Below, one piece after another: positions 10,601 through 20,321 of a DNA stretch of 60,677 bases. Under the pieces are notes generated by a model. It saw nothing but the letters and a program-made list of their open reading frames with translations. It was not told the origin of the DNA and ran no database searches. Made by a program: the position numbers and the translations under genes. Each line of letters opens with the position of its first letter. The stretch's first letter is position 1. Where the stretch lies: positions 1 through 60,677 of the forward strand of contig JAFEFP010000296.1 of the NCBI GenBank assembly GCA_018240545.1, in the 5' to 3' direction. The DNA comes from Pseudomonadota bacterium (GTDB lineage: Bacteria > Pseudomonadota > Gammaproteobacteria > Xanthomonadales > Rhodanobacteraceae).

Positions 10601-10786
10601 GGCGCCGGCGCGAACGCGCGTCACGCCATCGGCACCGGCGTGGTCGGCGGCATGCTGTTCGCCACGGTCTTTGGCGTGCTGTTGATTCCGGTCTTCTACG
10701 TCGTCATCCGCCGCCTGCTCGGCGACAAGCTGGAATCCGAAGACGAAACCCTGCGCGAGACGCTGGACGAACATCAGCACGGTTGA
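7628..10786 (+). CDS. RND multidrug efflux permease (AcrB/MexB-like, HAE1)
   Basis: FFIDRPIFAWV, GIVVDDAIVVIENVER, YAMRIWLDP, KNAILIVEFA, RLRPILMTS; 1052 aa. Confidence 0.96.
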   Translation: MSNFFIDRPIFAWVIAILIALGGAIAMANLGVESYPSIAPPQVVVNAAYPGADAATVEKSVTQVIEQQLTGIDHLMYFSSSSSANGGVGITLTFEPGTDPDTAAVQTQNKVTLATPRLPAEVVQQGVTVSKSNPDFLMFFALRSKDGSLDSYRLNNLLSSGILDQIARLPGVSNTFQVGAEYAMRIWLDPDKLHGYNLSAADALAAVRAQNVQVAAGSIGAEPAVPGTGVTATVRAEGRFSTPDQFGNIILRANADGTTVRLKDVARIALGPASYGQRSTFNNVPVAGAGVQLAAGANALTVAREVKAKLAELQSSFPPGVEWFAPYDSTTFVRIAIEEVVITLAIAFVLVFLVMLIFLQNLRATLIAAIVIPVALLGGFLALSGLEFTINQLSLFAMVLAIGIVVDDAIVVIENVERIMREENLSPRDATRKAMQQISGAVIAIALVLMAVFIPSALQTGSVGAIYRQFALTIALSTAFSAFLALCFTPALCATLIKPTHEHAHNPLFAWFNKAFDWTRHSYTGHVRSAVRHAPRWMAAFVVVSVVCAFLFWKLPSSFVPDEDQGYALTIVSLPAGATIARTNAVMDQVSEIIRSNPEVERVFALSGFSFVGSGENVGMAFIGFKPWGERKANVTELIPRIQGQLFGQVKDAMVFVANLPTIRGLGRFGGFDLFLQDRTGQGHEALMNARNMLLGAAASHPDTLVGVRPNALEDSPQLKMTVDRVQAQAMGLKLSDVYTAIQLMLAPVYVDDFDFGGRVLRVIMQADAPFRSGIDALRHFYVAGQAPATGGAAPMIPLSNVVHTQWTMAAPSLTRYNGYEAVDIVGGQAPGKSTGQAMELMKNLIHNDLPSGFGFEWTGQSLQEILSGEQAPKLFALSILVVFLCLAALYESWSIPVAVMLVVPLGLTGALAATWARGLSNDVFLKVGLITIIGLAVKNAILIVEFAVQEQRRGRPLGVAVVDAARLRLRPILMTSFAFILGVMPLVVSSGAGANARHAIGTGVVGGMLFATVFGVLLIPVFYVVIRRLLGDKLESEDETLRETLDEHQHG

Positions 10787-10790
10787 GATT

Positions 10791-10925
10791 GGCGCGCCCA
10801 CGCGATGCGTTGACTGCGCGCGCCCGGAGCGGCGCGCGAACAGCGGAGCTGGCCCGAAGGGCGAGCGTCATGGACGACGCGGGTAATCACATCGCGTGCG
10901 CCGATCGAAGTGGAGGCAGGATGCC
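10791..10925. repeat. Structured intergenic element between convergent genes
   Basis: CACGCGATG (~10799) pairs with CATCGCGTG (~10890), enclosing small hairpins GCCC-GAA-GGGC and GCGTC-ATGGAC-GACGC, followed by GGCA-GGA-TGCC. Single copy in this window. Confidence 0.45.
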
Positions 10926-10966
10926 GACAGGACGTGAACTTCAGGGACGAATCGCCGAAATTCGCA

Positions 10967-12184
10967 TCAATCAAAACCATTGGCGAAGATGCGGTCGAGG
11001 TCGATGAAGCTCACCTCGAACGCGCCCATGTCGCAGATCGCGCTGCCGTTCTTGTCGCCGTCGTAGGGCCGAACCTGGCCGCGCTGGTCGGTGGTTTCGC
11101 AAGTTCCGTTGTCGCCCGCGTCGATCGCCGGCGAACCGGGCAGCAGGGCCAGCGTTTCGGTCGGCCCGCCATAGTGCGCAAGCGGGCCAAGCCTGGGATT
11201 CTGGCCAAGGATGTTGCTGATTGAGCCGGTAAAGGTGCTTCCACCTGCACAGGCGTAGCTGCCTTCGATCAGGGTATGGTCGGCTGTGACACTGCTCGCA
11301 CCGTTGGATTGGGCCGTGCAAATAAATTCACTGTCGCTGGGCGACGAGTTGTTCGCGACGATGCTGTTCGACAAACTGGCGTTGAGATGGCTCAGCCAGA
11401 ATCCGCCGCCGGAGCTGTTGGCAGAGTTGCCGCTGATGGTGCTGTTGACGATGGTCATGTTGGCGCGCGCGTAAAACCCGCCGCCCGACCCGTTTGCGGA
11501 ATTGCCGCTGATCGTGCTGTTGCTGATCGAAGTCGTGCCGTAGTTCGACACAAACCCGGCCCCCGAGTTTGCCGTCCTGTTGCCGCTGATGGTGCTGTAG
11601 TTGATATCGAGGGTCCCGGAGCCCTTGTAGAAACCGCCGCCAAAAGATTGTGCGTAACTATCCCGGATCGCGACACGACTCAAGGTCAAGTGGCCGTAAG
11701 CGAAACTCAGTGCGCCGCCTTTGCCTGCCGTATTGCCGCTCGCCAGGGTGATGCCGGACAGCGTCAGGGAATTTCCTCCGACATAAACCTTGTCGTAGAA
11801 AATGCCGCCGGCGCTGCCGCTGGCGACATCGCCGCCGGACACCGTGAGCAGGTTCGCCCCGGGGCCCTGGATGGTCAGGCTGTCGGCGATGGCGATATGT
11901 CCCTTGCCGGCGATGTCCAGCAAGATGGTGTCGCCCGACAGGGTCGAGGCGAACGTGACGGTATCGGCACCGGCGTTGGCATTGGCGGCGGCGATGGCAT
12001 CGCGCAGGGTGCAGGTGGCGGCGCAGGTGCCGGTACCGGCGTCGCCGGCGGAGGTCACCGTATACGTGGCGGCCTGGGCCAATCCGGGCAGTGCGGCCAC
12101 GCCCAGCGCCGCGGCCAGGGCCAGGGCCAAGGGTGCGCGGTTTGGCGTCCGCTTGCGGATCAATTTCGAGCCCGCGGTGTTCAT
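10967..12184 (-). CDS. Secreted CSLREA / choice-of-anchor Q domain protein with beta-helix repeats
   Basis: Signal peptide; [11 protein letters not shown]; repeated [12 protein letters not shown]; [37 protein letters not shown]; C-terminus DRIFANGFD. Confidence 0.85.
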   Translation of the reverse strand: MNTAGSKLIRKRTPNRAPLALALAAALGVAALPGLAQAATYTVTSAGDAGTGTCAATCTLRDAIAAANANAGADTVTFASTLSGDTILLDIAGKGHIAIADSLTIQGPGANLLTVSGGDVASGSAGGIFYDKVYVGGNSLTLSGITLASGNTAGKGGALSFAYGHLTLSRVAIRDSYAQSFGGGFYKGSGTLDINYSTISGNRTANSGAGFVSNYGTTSISNSTISGNSANGSGGGFYARANMTIVNSTISGNSANSSGGGFWLSHLNASLSNSIVANNSSPSDSEFICTAQSNGASSVTADHTLIEGSYACAGGSTFTGSISNILGQNPRLGPLAHYGGPTETLALLPGSPAIDAGDNGTCETTDQRGQVRPYDGDKNGSAICDMGAFEVSFIDLDRIFANGFD

Positions 12185-12324
12185 CGATCGTCTCCCGAAA
12201 AGTCGACAGGATCATGGCGTTTTCACGGTCCGTGCCTGCAATAACGCAAAAATGCGCCAAGCCCTATCACGCGCGGTGAATTACAATAGCCGTTTCATGC
12301 AAGAACCTTGTTCCGGGAGCACCC

Positions 12325-13653
<1,329 letters not shown>

Positions 13654-13669
13654 CGTTGAGGAGACTCCC

Positions 13670-14617
13670 GTGAAAAAATACATGTTTGCACTCTCGCTTT
13701 TCGCCCTCGCCTTGTCCGCCTGCGGCCAATCGCAGGCGCCGGCACCGGCCCCCGCGCCGCCGCCACCGAAAGTCGCCGACCAGCCGGCCAATCCGCCGCC
13801 GCCGCAAAGCGCGCAGCAGATGTTCGAGGCGAAGATCGATGCGGTCCTGGCCGGCAACTGGCGCGAAGCGGCCAACACCGCGCGCGACCAGTACCGTCAT
13901 CCCAAGCAGACGCTGGAATTCTTCGGCCTCAAGCCCGGCATGAGCCTGATCGAAATTACCCCGGGCGCGGGCTGGTATGCGGAAATTCTCGCGCCGTTGA
14001 TGAAGGGCGATGGCAGCTACACCGCGGCCATTGCCCTTCCGAAGAAACCCGAAGGCGAGGCCGCACAGGACAAGAGCGCGCTGGAGAAGATGTTTGCCGG
14101 CGATCCGGCCCAGTACGGCGAGGCCAAGGTCGTGCAGTTCGATCCCAAGGCGCCGAATTTCGGTGCGCCGAATTCCGCCGACATGGTCGTCACCTTCCGC
14201 AACGTGCACAACTGGGTGATGGGCGACTACGCGCCCGGCATGTTCAAGGCCTTTTTCGACGTGCTCAAGCCGGGCGGCGTGCTCGGCGTGGCCGACCATC
14301 GCGCCACGCCCGGCGCGGACCTGGCCAAGATCAAGGACAGCGGCTACCTGCCCGAGGACTATGTGATCAAGCTCGCCACCGATGCCGGCTTTGCGCTCGA
14401 TGGCAAGAGCGAGGCCAACGCCAACCCGAAGGACGACCACGACCATCCCAAGGGCGTGTGGACGCTGCCGCCGACGCTGGCGCTGGGCGACAAGGACAAG
14501 GACAAATATCTGGCCATCGGCGAATCCGACCGCATGACCTTGCGCTTCGTCAAGCCCGGCGCCGACAAGATCTTCTCGGCTCCGGCGGATCATTCGGGCA
14601 AGCCGGCGACAAATTGA
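13670..14617 (+). CDS. Lipoprotein with class I SAM-methyltransferase fold (COG4798-like)
   Basis: Lipobox LSAC, Pro-rich linker, RDQYRHPKQTLEFFG, EITPGAGWY, TFRNVHNW, NANPKD, GVWTLPPTL, IGESDRMTLRFVKP. Confidence 0.85.
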   Translation: MKKYMFALSLFALALSACGQSQAPAPAPAPPPPKVADQPANPPPPQSAQQMFEAKIDAVLAGNWREAANTARDQYRHPKQTLEFFGLKPGMSLIEITPGAGWYAEILAPLMKGDGSYTAAIALPKKPEGEAAQDKSALEKMFAGDPAQYGEAKVVQFDPKAPNFGAPNSADMVVTFRNVHNWVMGDYAPGMFKAFFDVLKPGGVLGVADHRATPGADLAKIKDSGYLPEDYVIKLATDAGFALDGKSEANANPKDDHDHPKGVWTLPPTLALGDKDKDKYLAIGESDRMTLRFVKPGADKIFSAPADHSGKPATN

Positions 14618-14658
14618 GGCGGCTCTGGACTTCAGGCTGGTAGCTTTGCTTTGAGACG

Positions 14659-14787
14659 CCTCTCCCGCTGGCGGGAGAGGCCGCGCCGCAGGCGCGGGTG
14701 AGGGTGGAATCGCTCACTCTCACGCCAAGCGCCGCACCGGATTGAGCCACCCTCACCCCAACCCTCTCCCGCCAGCGGGAGAGGGGG
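14659..14787. repeat. Palindromic repeat, family B (full copy)
   Basis: CCTCTCCCGC-TG-GCGGGAGAGG..GGGTGAGGG, then CCCTCACCC..CCCTCTCCCGC-CA-GCGGGAGAGGG: an inverted doublet of hairpins. Confidence 0.88.
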
Positions 14788-14798
14788 ATTTCCTCATT

Positions 14799-15353
14799 GT
14801 GCTCATCGCGCTCAACAAACCCTTCAACGTGCTATGTCAGTTTACGGATCGAGCTGCGCCGCCGCGGCGCACGCTTGCGGAGTTCGTGAAGATTCCGGAC
14901 GTCTATCCGGCGGGGCGGCTCGATTACGATTCCGAAGGACTGCTGCTGCTCACCGATGACGGCGCGCTGGCAAAGCGCCTGACCGATCCGCGGCACAAGA
15001 CGTCCAAAACCTATCTCGTGCGGGTCGAGGGGGAGCCGACCGAAGCGCAATTGGCGCAGCTTCGCGACGGCGTGCGCTTGAACGACGGCCCGACCTTGCC
15101 GGCACAAGCACGTCGACTTGATGCTGCGCCCGGCTGGCTGTGGCCGCGCGATCCACCGGTGCGTTTTCGCAAGACCGTGCCGGATGCGTGGATCGAACTG
15201 ACCATCCACGAAGGCCGCAACCGCCAGGTGCGGCGCATGACGGCGGCGGCCGGCTTGCCGACCCTGCGCCTGATCCGCGTGCGCATCGGCGAACATGCGT
15301 TGGCCGGATTGGCGCCGGGCGCAACGCGCGTCATCGAGCGCGCCGCAGCCTAG
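14799..15353 (+). CDS. rluE: 23S rRNA pseudouridine synthase RluE-like
   Basis: LNKPFNVLCQF, AGRLDYDSEGLLLLTDDG, KTYLVRVEG, LWPRDPPVRFRK, EGRNRQVRRMTA; GTG start at 14799. Confidence 0.88.
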   Translation: MLIALNKPFNVLCQFTDRAAPPRRTLAEFVKIPDVYPAGRLDYDSEGLLLLTDDGALAKRLTDPRHKTSKTYLVRVEGEPTEAQLAQLRDGVRLNDGPTLPAQARRLDAAPGWLWPRDPPVRFRKTVPDAWIELTIHEGRNRQVRRMTAAAGLPTLRLIRVRIGEHALAGLAPGATRVIERAAA

Positions 15354-16435
15354 CGATTCGTGAGCTGGATCTCGATGCGCCGGTTCTTCGCGTAGGCCGC
15401 GGGCGTGTCGGCGGGATCCAGCGGCTGGAACTGCCCGAAACCATTCGCCGAGAGCCGGTTCGCGGGAATGCCCTGCACGACGAGGTACTTGACGATCGCC
15501 ACCGCGCGCGCGGTCGACAATTCCCAATTGGACGCGAACTGCGCATTGTGGATCGGGCGCTTGTCGGTGTGACCGTCGATGCGCACGATCCAGTCGCGGT
15601 TCGAGGGGATTTCCGCGGCGACCTGATTCAGGACCAGCGCGAGCTTTTTCATCTGCACCAACGCGGCCGGACTCAGGTCCGCCGATCCGGAATCGAACAG
15701 GATGTCGGTCGGCACCACGAAGCGGTCGCCGACGATGCGCACGTCGGCGTTGTTGCCCAGCGCGGCGCGCAGCTTGCCGAAGAATTCGGATCGGTACTTT
15801 TCGAGCTGGTTGACCTTGTTCGCCAGCGCCAGGTTCAGTTGCGCGCCGAGGTCGGCGATCTTGCGGTTCTTGTCCTTGACGCTGGCGTTGGCAATGTCCA
15901 GCGCCGCCGAGAGCTTGTTCAACTGCTCGCGCACGGCGGCGAGCTGGCGATTGAGCAGCTCGACTTGCGCGGCGGACTTGGCATTGAGGTCGGTCGCGAC
16001 GACGAGGTTCTTTTTCGAGGTATCGAGTTCCGCGCCCAGGCTCGCCACCTGTTGTTCGAGCTGCGCCTTGAGCGCGGCGAGCGCCGCGATGTCGGCATTG
16101 AGCTTGGCGGCCTGCGCGGTGGCGGCATCCAGTTGCGCCGTGAGCGTGTCGCGCTCGCCCGTGGCCTGGCCGAGCGATGCGGAAAGTTCCTTCACCTTCG
16201 CATCCAGCGCGGCGTTGCTGTCCTGCGCCAGCGACAGGGTCTTGGCGAGTTGCGCGATCTGCGCGTTGAGCTCGGCGAGGGCCTGATTCTTGCCGACGAT
16301 CGTCTGCGCCAGCACGAACTGGCCAATCGCGAAAATCAGCAGCACGAAGATCATCACCAGGATCAGCGACGACAGCGCGTCGACGAAGCCCGGCCAGATG
16401 TCCAGCGAATGCCGGCGGCGCGCGGCAAGGCTCAT
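15350..16435 (-). CDS. MotB/OmpA-like peptidoglycan-binding membrane protein with long coiled coil
   Basis: N-terminal WPGFVD plus single TM; long heptad-rich stalk; C-terminal OmpA-like domain (ILFDSGSADL, IDGHTD, NWELSTARA, NRRIEI). Confidence 0.85.
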   Translation of the reverse strand: MSLAARRRHSLDIWPGFVDALSSLILVMIFVLLIFAIGQFVLAQTIVGKNQALAELNAQIAQLAKTLSLAQDSNAALDAKVKELSASLGQATGERDTLTAQLDAATAQAAKLNADIAALAALKAQLEQQVASLGAELDTSKKNLVVATDLNAKSAAQVELLNRQLAAVREQLNKLSAALDIANASVKDKNRKIADLGAQLNLALANKVNQLEKYRSEFFGKLRAALGNNADVRIVGDRFVVPTDILFDSGSADLSPAALVQMKKLALVLNQVAAEIPSNRDWIVRIDGHTDKRPIHNAQFASNWELSTARAVAIVKYLVVQGIPANRLSANGFGQFQPLDPADTPAAYAKNRRIEIQLTNR

Positions 16436-17508
16436 TGCACGGCCCCATGCTTGGCACCGGCAGGCTTGCCGTCCACGGCGGCGGCAATGGTGCGTGAAAG
16501 CAAACGCAGTTCGCCGCGCAAGTCATCCGACAGGCGCGCGCTGCCATTCGGCGCCGCGGCCAGCGTCTTGAGCACGTTCTTCAATTCCTCCTGCGTCTCG
16601 GCGAGACTGCGGAATTCGCGCGTCTCGCGGCTGAGCAGGTCGCCCAGGCGCCCCAGTTGCGTGTTCAATTCGCCCAGTTGCGCGCCCGAGGCATGGCGCT
16701 CGCGCTCGGATTCGGTCAGCGCGCGCTGCATGCGCTCCAGGCCATCGGCGGTTTGTTCGAGCAATGCCTGCACATAGGCCGGCACGCTGGCCTCGCCGTC
16801 GCCGTGCAGCGCGCCGGACGACAGCCGCGTCATGCTCGACAGCCAGTCTTCGAGTTCGTTGTAGAAGCGGTTTTGCGCGTGGCCCGCCTGCAAATCGAGG
16901 AAGCCGAGCACGAGCGAGGAAGCAAGTCCGAACAGCGACGTGGAAAAGCTCGTCGACATGCCCGACAGCGGCTCCTTGAGGTTTTCCTTGAGCGTGTTGA
17001 ACATCGCCGCTGGATCGGTGCCCACGCCGAGCGAGCCGATGATGTCGGCGACCGAGCGGATCGTGACGAGCAGACCCCAGAACGTGCCGAGCAGGCCGAG
17101 GAAAATCGATACGCCAATGAGATAGCGCGACAGGTCGCGCGATTCCTCCAGGCGCAGGTAGACGCTGTCGAGCACCGAACGCAGGGATGCCGCGGACAGC
17201 GAAAATTTCGCGCGCTCGCGCCCGGCGAACATGCGCGCCATCGGCGCGAGCAGGCGTGGCTTGACCGGCAGCGGACGATCCGGTGGCGAGCGCTTGAACG
17301 CCTCGATCCAGTCGACCTCGCGCGACAGCAGCAGCACCTGGCGCAGGCTCGCGTAGATGCCGAACGCGAGCACGGCGAGGATCACGCCGTTGAAGAACGG
17401 ATTGGCCTGGAAATTCTGCGCGAGGCGCGTGGCGAGCAGGGCGGCAAGCACGCCGACTGCGACGAGGAAGCCGAGCATCCAGACAAGCGTGCGGGAAGGT
17501 TTGGTCAT
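16432..17508 (-). CDS. MotA/TolQ/ExbB-like proton-channel membrane protein with C-terminal coiled-coil tail
   Basis: About four TM segments; FLGLLGTFWGL and LSGMSTSFSTSLFGL; stop overlaps the MotB-like start (ATGA). Confidence 0.8.
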   Translation of the reverse strand: MTKPSRTLVWMLGFLVAVGVLAALLATRLAQNFQANPFFNGVILAVLAFGIYASLRQVLLLSREVDWIEAFKRSPPDRPLPVKPRLLAPMARMFAGRERAKFSLSAASLRSVLDSVYLRLEESRDLSRYLIGVSIFLGLLGTFWGLLVTIRSVADIIGSLGVGTDPAAMFNTLKENLKEPLSGMSTSFSTSLFGLASSLVLGFLDLQAGHAQNRFYNELEDWLSSMTRLSSGALHGDGEASVPAYVQALLEQTADGLERMQRALTESERERHASGAQLGELNTQLGRLGDLLSRETREFRSLAETQEELKNVLKTLAAAPNGSARLSDDLRGELRLLSRTIAAAVDGKPAGAKHGAVQ

Positions 17509-17597
17509 GACGGGTCTTGGTTAGGCGAGCGTTCGGGCTTGGACTGGTCGCGTGGACGATGGTTCCACGCGCAGATGGCGAAATGGTGTCAGCGCCG

Positions 17598-17625
17598 GGG
17601 TTTTGCACGAGCGGTGGGTTTTGCA
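17598..17625 (-). promoter_or_regulatory. Candidate operator: direct repeat upstream of the MotA-like gene
   Basis: GGGTTTTGCA at 17598-17607 and 17616-17625 (18-bp period), about 90-120 bp upstream of the start codon. Confidence 0.35.
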
Positions 17626-17647
17626 TTCCAGGGATCATCCGGCCAGG

Positions 17648-17765
17648 GGCGAGGCGGCGCGCTTGTGCGCGCTCGTCGGAGCGCACACGCGACGCCGAGC
17701 GCCCGGAGCAAGGACTGCGCAGGGCTGGAGCCACACGGCGAGGCAGGAGCCAAGCCGATGTGGCC
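17648..17765. other. Structured intergenic segment (nested hairpins)
   Basis: Long imperfect stem centred on TGTGCGC/GCGCACA, then GCA-AGGAC-TGC and GCCACA..CGGC..GGC-AGGA-GCC..GCCG..TGTGGC hairpins. Confidence 0.45.
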
Positions 17766-17779
17766 CGCATCCCGTCATG

Positions 17780-20266
17780 TCATGTGTGCCGTGGTTTTGT
17801 CCGCGCCGTCGGTCGTGCGCACCATGGGTCATCTGGCCAGGGATGCCGCGGATAGCGCCCCTTCAGTTCCTTCTTCACCTCGGGATAGGTGCGCTCCCAG
17901 AAACCGCGCAGGTCTTGCGTGACCTGGATCGGGCGTTGCGCGGGCGAGAGCAGGTGCAAGGTCACGGCAATCTTGCCGCCGGCGATGCGCGGCGTGTCGG
18001 CGAGGCCGAACAGCTCCTGCAATTTCACCGCGAGTACCGGCGGCTTGCCGGGTTCGTAGTGCAGCTTGCGCGAGTTGCCGCTGGGTACCGTGATGGATTC
18101 GGGCGCGAGTTCGTCCACGGCCTTGCGCTGCGCGTAGTCCAGCCGCGATGCCAGCGCCTCGCCGAGCATGGCGGGCGTCAATGCATCGAGTCTCGTCTTG
18201 CCGGCCAGGTGCGGACCGAGCCATTCCTCCAATGCTGAGAGAAGGGCCGCGTCGGAAAGATCGGGCAACGCCAGTTCCGGCAACCATTCGCGCAGGCAGG
18301 CCACGCGCAGGCGCAGCGCGCGCGCCGCGTCGCTCCACGGCAGCGATTCGATTCCGGCCTCGCGCACCGCGGCGAGCAGGGCCGGCAAGGCGTCTTCCAC
18401 CTTGGCGGGCACGCTGCGGCGTTCGAGCACGAGCTTGGCGAAGCGGCGTTCGATGAAAGTTTCCACCGCACGTCGGTCCGCGTTCCAGCGCGCCACGCGC
18501 TGTTCGACGAACCGTTCGCCGAAATCGCGTTCGAGCATGTCGGCATCGAACGGCGCCGCGGCGAGGATGGCGCTGTCGCGCTCGTCAAAACGCAAGTCCG
18601 TCACGACCAGCCAGCGTTCGCCGTACAACTGTGAACTTTGCAACAAATGTGCGCCGCGGCCATTGCTCAGGCGGTACCGGCGCGGATCGCCGGCGTCCTG
18701 CAGCGCGACGCGATCGGGAAATGCGTGGACGAGCAGATTGCCGAGCGCCAATGCATCGACCGCGGCTGGCGACGATGAATCGATACGCAGGCGCCGCCGC
18801 CAATTCACGGCAGCGTGGTCGATGGCGGACATTGCCCCGGAATCGATGCCGCTGCCGCGTTGCTTGTTGCGCCACGCCAGCAGCGTCTTGTGGCGGTCGC
18901 GAAAGTCGTCGCCGCGACCGTCCTCGCCGCGCAGGGGATTGCGCGCTTCGAGCAAGGCGATGGCATCGCAGGCCAGCGCGTGTTGCGCGGACGGGGTGCG
19001 CAGCGCGAGCGCCGCAAGCCGTGGCGCGGCACCGGTCGCAAGCATGCGTTGGCCGAGTTCGGTCATGCGACCGCCATCGTCGAGCGCACCAAGCAGGATC
19101 AACAGGTCCCGTGCGCTGGCGAGTGATCCGGCGGGCGGCGGATCCAGCCAACGCAGGTCGGGCGCGCCCCAGGCGGCGAGCTCGAGTGCGAGCGCGGACA
19201 GTTCGACCTGTGCGATTTCCGCGCGCCGCGACGGCTCCAGGCGCTGGCTCTGCGGCCACAATCGATACGCAACGCCTTCGGCAACGCGACCCGCGCGCCC
19301 GGCGCGCTGGTCGGCGGAGGCCTGCGAGATCGCCACCGTTTGCAGGCGCGAGAAACCTGAATTCGGGTCGAAGCGCGGCTCGCGTGCCTCGCCCGAATCG
19401 ATCACGACGCGGATGCCGGGCAGGGTGACACTGGATTCGGCCACGTTCGTCGCCAACACGATGCGGCGCGTCCCGGCGGCGGCGGGTGCCAGTGCGGCGT
19501 GTTGCTCGGCGAGCGACAGCTCGCCGTGGAGCATGACGACTTCAGGCTGCGCATTGCCTTCCAGCGTCCGGCGCGCCTGTTCGATCTCGCGTCGCCCGGG
19601 CAGGAATACGAGGACGTCGCCCTCCGTCTCGCGCAAGGCGATGTCGGCGACGCGGCGCAAGTGCACGGTCCAGTCTTCGTTCGCCTTGGCGGGAGGGTAT
19701 TCCACGCGCACCGGGAAACTGCGGCCGGCAGAAGTGATGCGCGGCGCATCGAACCAGCGCGCGGTGCGCTCGCCGTCGAGCGTCGCCGACATGATGACGA
19801 GGCGCAGTTCCGGGCGCAGTTGCGCCTGCACGTCGAGCGCGAGCGCGGCGCCGAGGTCGCCGTGCAGATGGCGCTCGTGGAATTCGTCGAACACGATCGC
19901 GCCGACGCCGGGCAGTTCCGGATCGGACTGGATCAGGCGCGTGAGGATGCCCTCGGTCACCACTTCCACGCGCGTGCGCGTGGATACCCTGGATTCGAAA
20001 CGGATGCGATAGCCGATGGTGTCTCCGACGGATTCGCCGCGCTGCGCGGCCATGAACTCCGCCGCTGCGCGCGCGGCGATGCGGCGCGGCTCGAGCACGA
20101 GGACCTTCTTGCCTGGCAGCCATTCCGCATCGAGCAGCGCCGGCGGCACCTGCGTGGTCTTGCCGGCGCCGGGCGGGGCTTCGAGCACCAGGCGCGGATG
20201 CGCCGCGAGGCTCGCCCGGATATCCGGCAGCACCGCGACGATCGGAAAAGGCGCGCGTTTGCTCAT
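17780..20266 (-). CDS. hrpB: ATP-dependent RNA helicase HrpB
   Basis: APPGAGKTT, EPRRIAAR, DEFHER, MSAT, LATNVAESSVT, QRAGRAGR, LQELFG, HLLSPAQRPIQVTQDL, ELKGRYPRHPWP. Confidence 0.96.
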   Translation of the reverse strand: MSKRAPFPIVAVLPDIRASLAAHPRLVLEAPPGAGKTTQVPPALLDAEWLPGKKVLVLEPRRIAARAAAEFMAAQRGESVGDTIGYRIRFESRVSTRTRVEVVTEGILTRLIQSDPELPGVGAIVFDEFHERHLHGDLGAALALDVQAQLRPELRLVIMSATLDGERTARWFDAPRITSAGRSFPVRVEYPPAKANEDWTVHLRRVADIALRETEGDVLVFLPGRREIEQARRTLEGNAQPEVVMLHGELSLAEQHAALAPAAAGTRRIVLATNVAESSVTLPGIRVVIDSGEAREPRFDPNSGFSRLQTVAISQASADQRAGRAGRVAEGVAYRLWPQSQRLEPSRRAEIAQVELSALALELAAWGAPDLRWLDPPPAGSLASARDLLILLGALDDGGRMTELGQRMLATGAAPRLAALALRTPSAQHALACDAIALLEARNPLRGEDGRGDDFRDRHKTLLAWRNKQRGSGIDSGAMSAIDHAAVNWRRRLRIDSSSPAAVDALALGNLLVHAFPDRVALQDAGDPRRYRLSNGRGAHLLQSSQLYGERWLVVTDLRFDERDSAILAAAPFDADMLERDFGERFVEQRVARWNADRRAVETFIERRFAKLVLERRSVPAKVEDALPALLAAVREAGIESLPWSDAARALRLRVACLREWLPELALPDLSDAALLSALEEWLGPHLAGKTRLDALTPAMLGEALASRLDYAQRKAVDELAPESITVPSGNSRKLHYEPGKPPVLAVKLQELFGLADTPRIAGGKIAVTLHLLSPAQRPIQVTQDLRGFWERTYPEVKKELKGRYPRHPWPDDPWCARPTARTKPRHT

Positions 20267-20268
20267 CG

Positions 20269-20303
20269 CAAAAACGCCTGTCCCGCCGTGCCGGCGGGAC
20301 AGG
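20269..20303 (-). terminator. Probable intrinsic terminator
   Basis: Perfect 12-bp stem CCTGTCCCGCCG/CGGCGGGACAGG (20277-20303) followed on the minus strand by CGTTTTT. Confidence 0.6.
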
Positions 20304-20321
20304 TTCTGGAATGCAGCGCGA

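Noticed and set aside
15350-17508. Calling the MotA/MotB-like pair a Zorya defence system
   Set aside because: No zorC/D/E or other defence genes nearby; the adjacent helicase is housekeeping HrpB. Kept only as an orphan motor.
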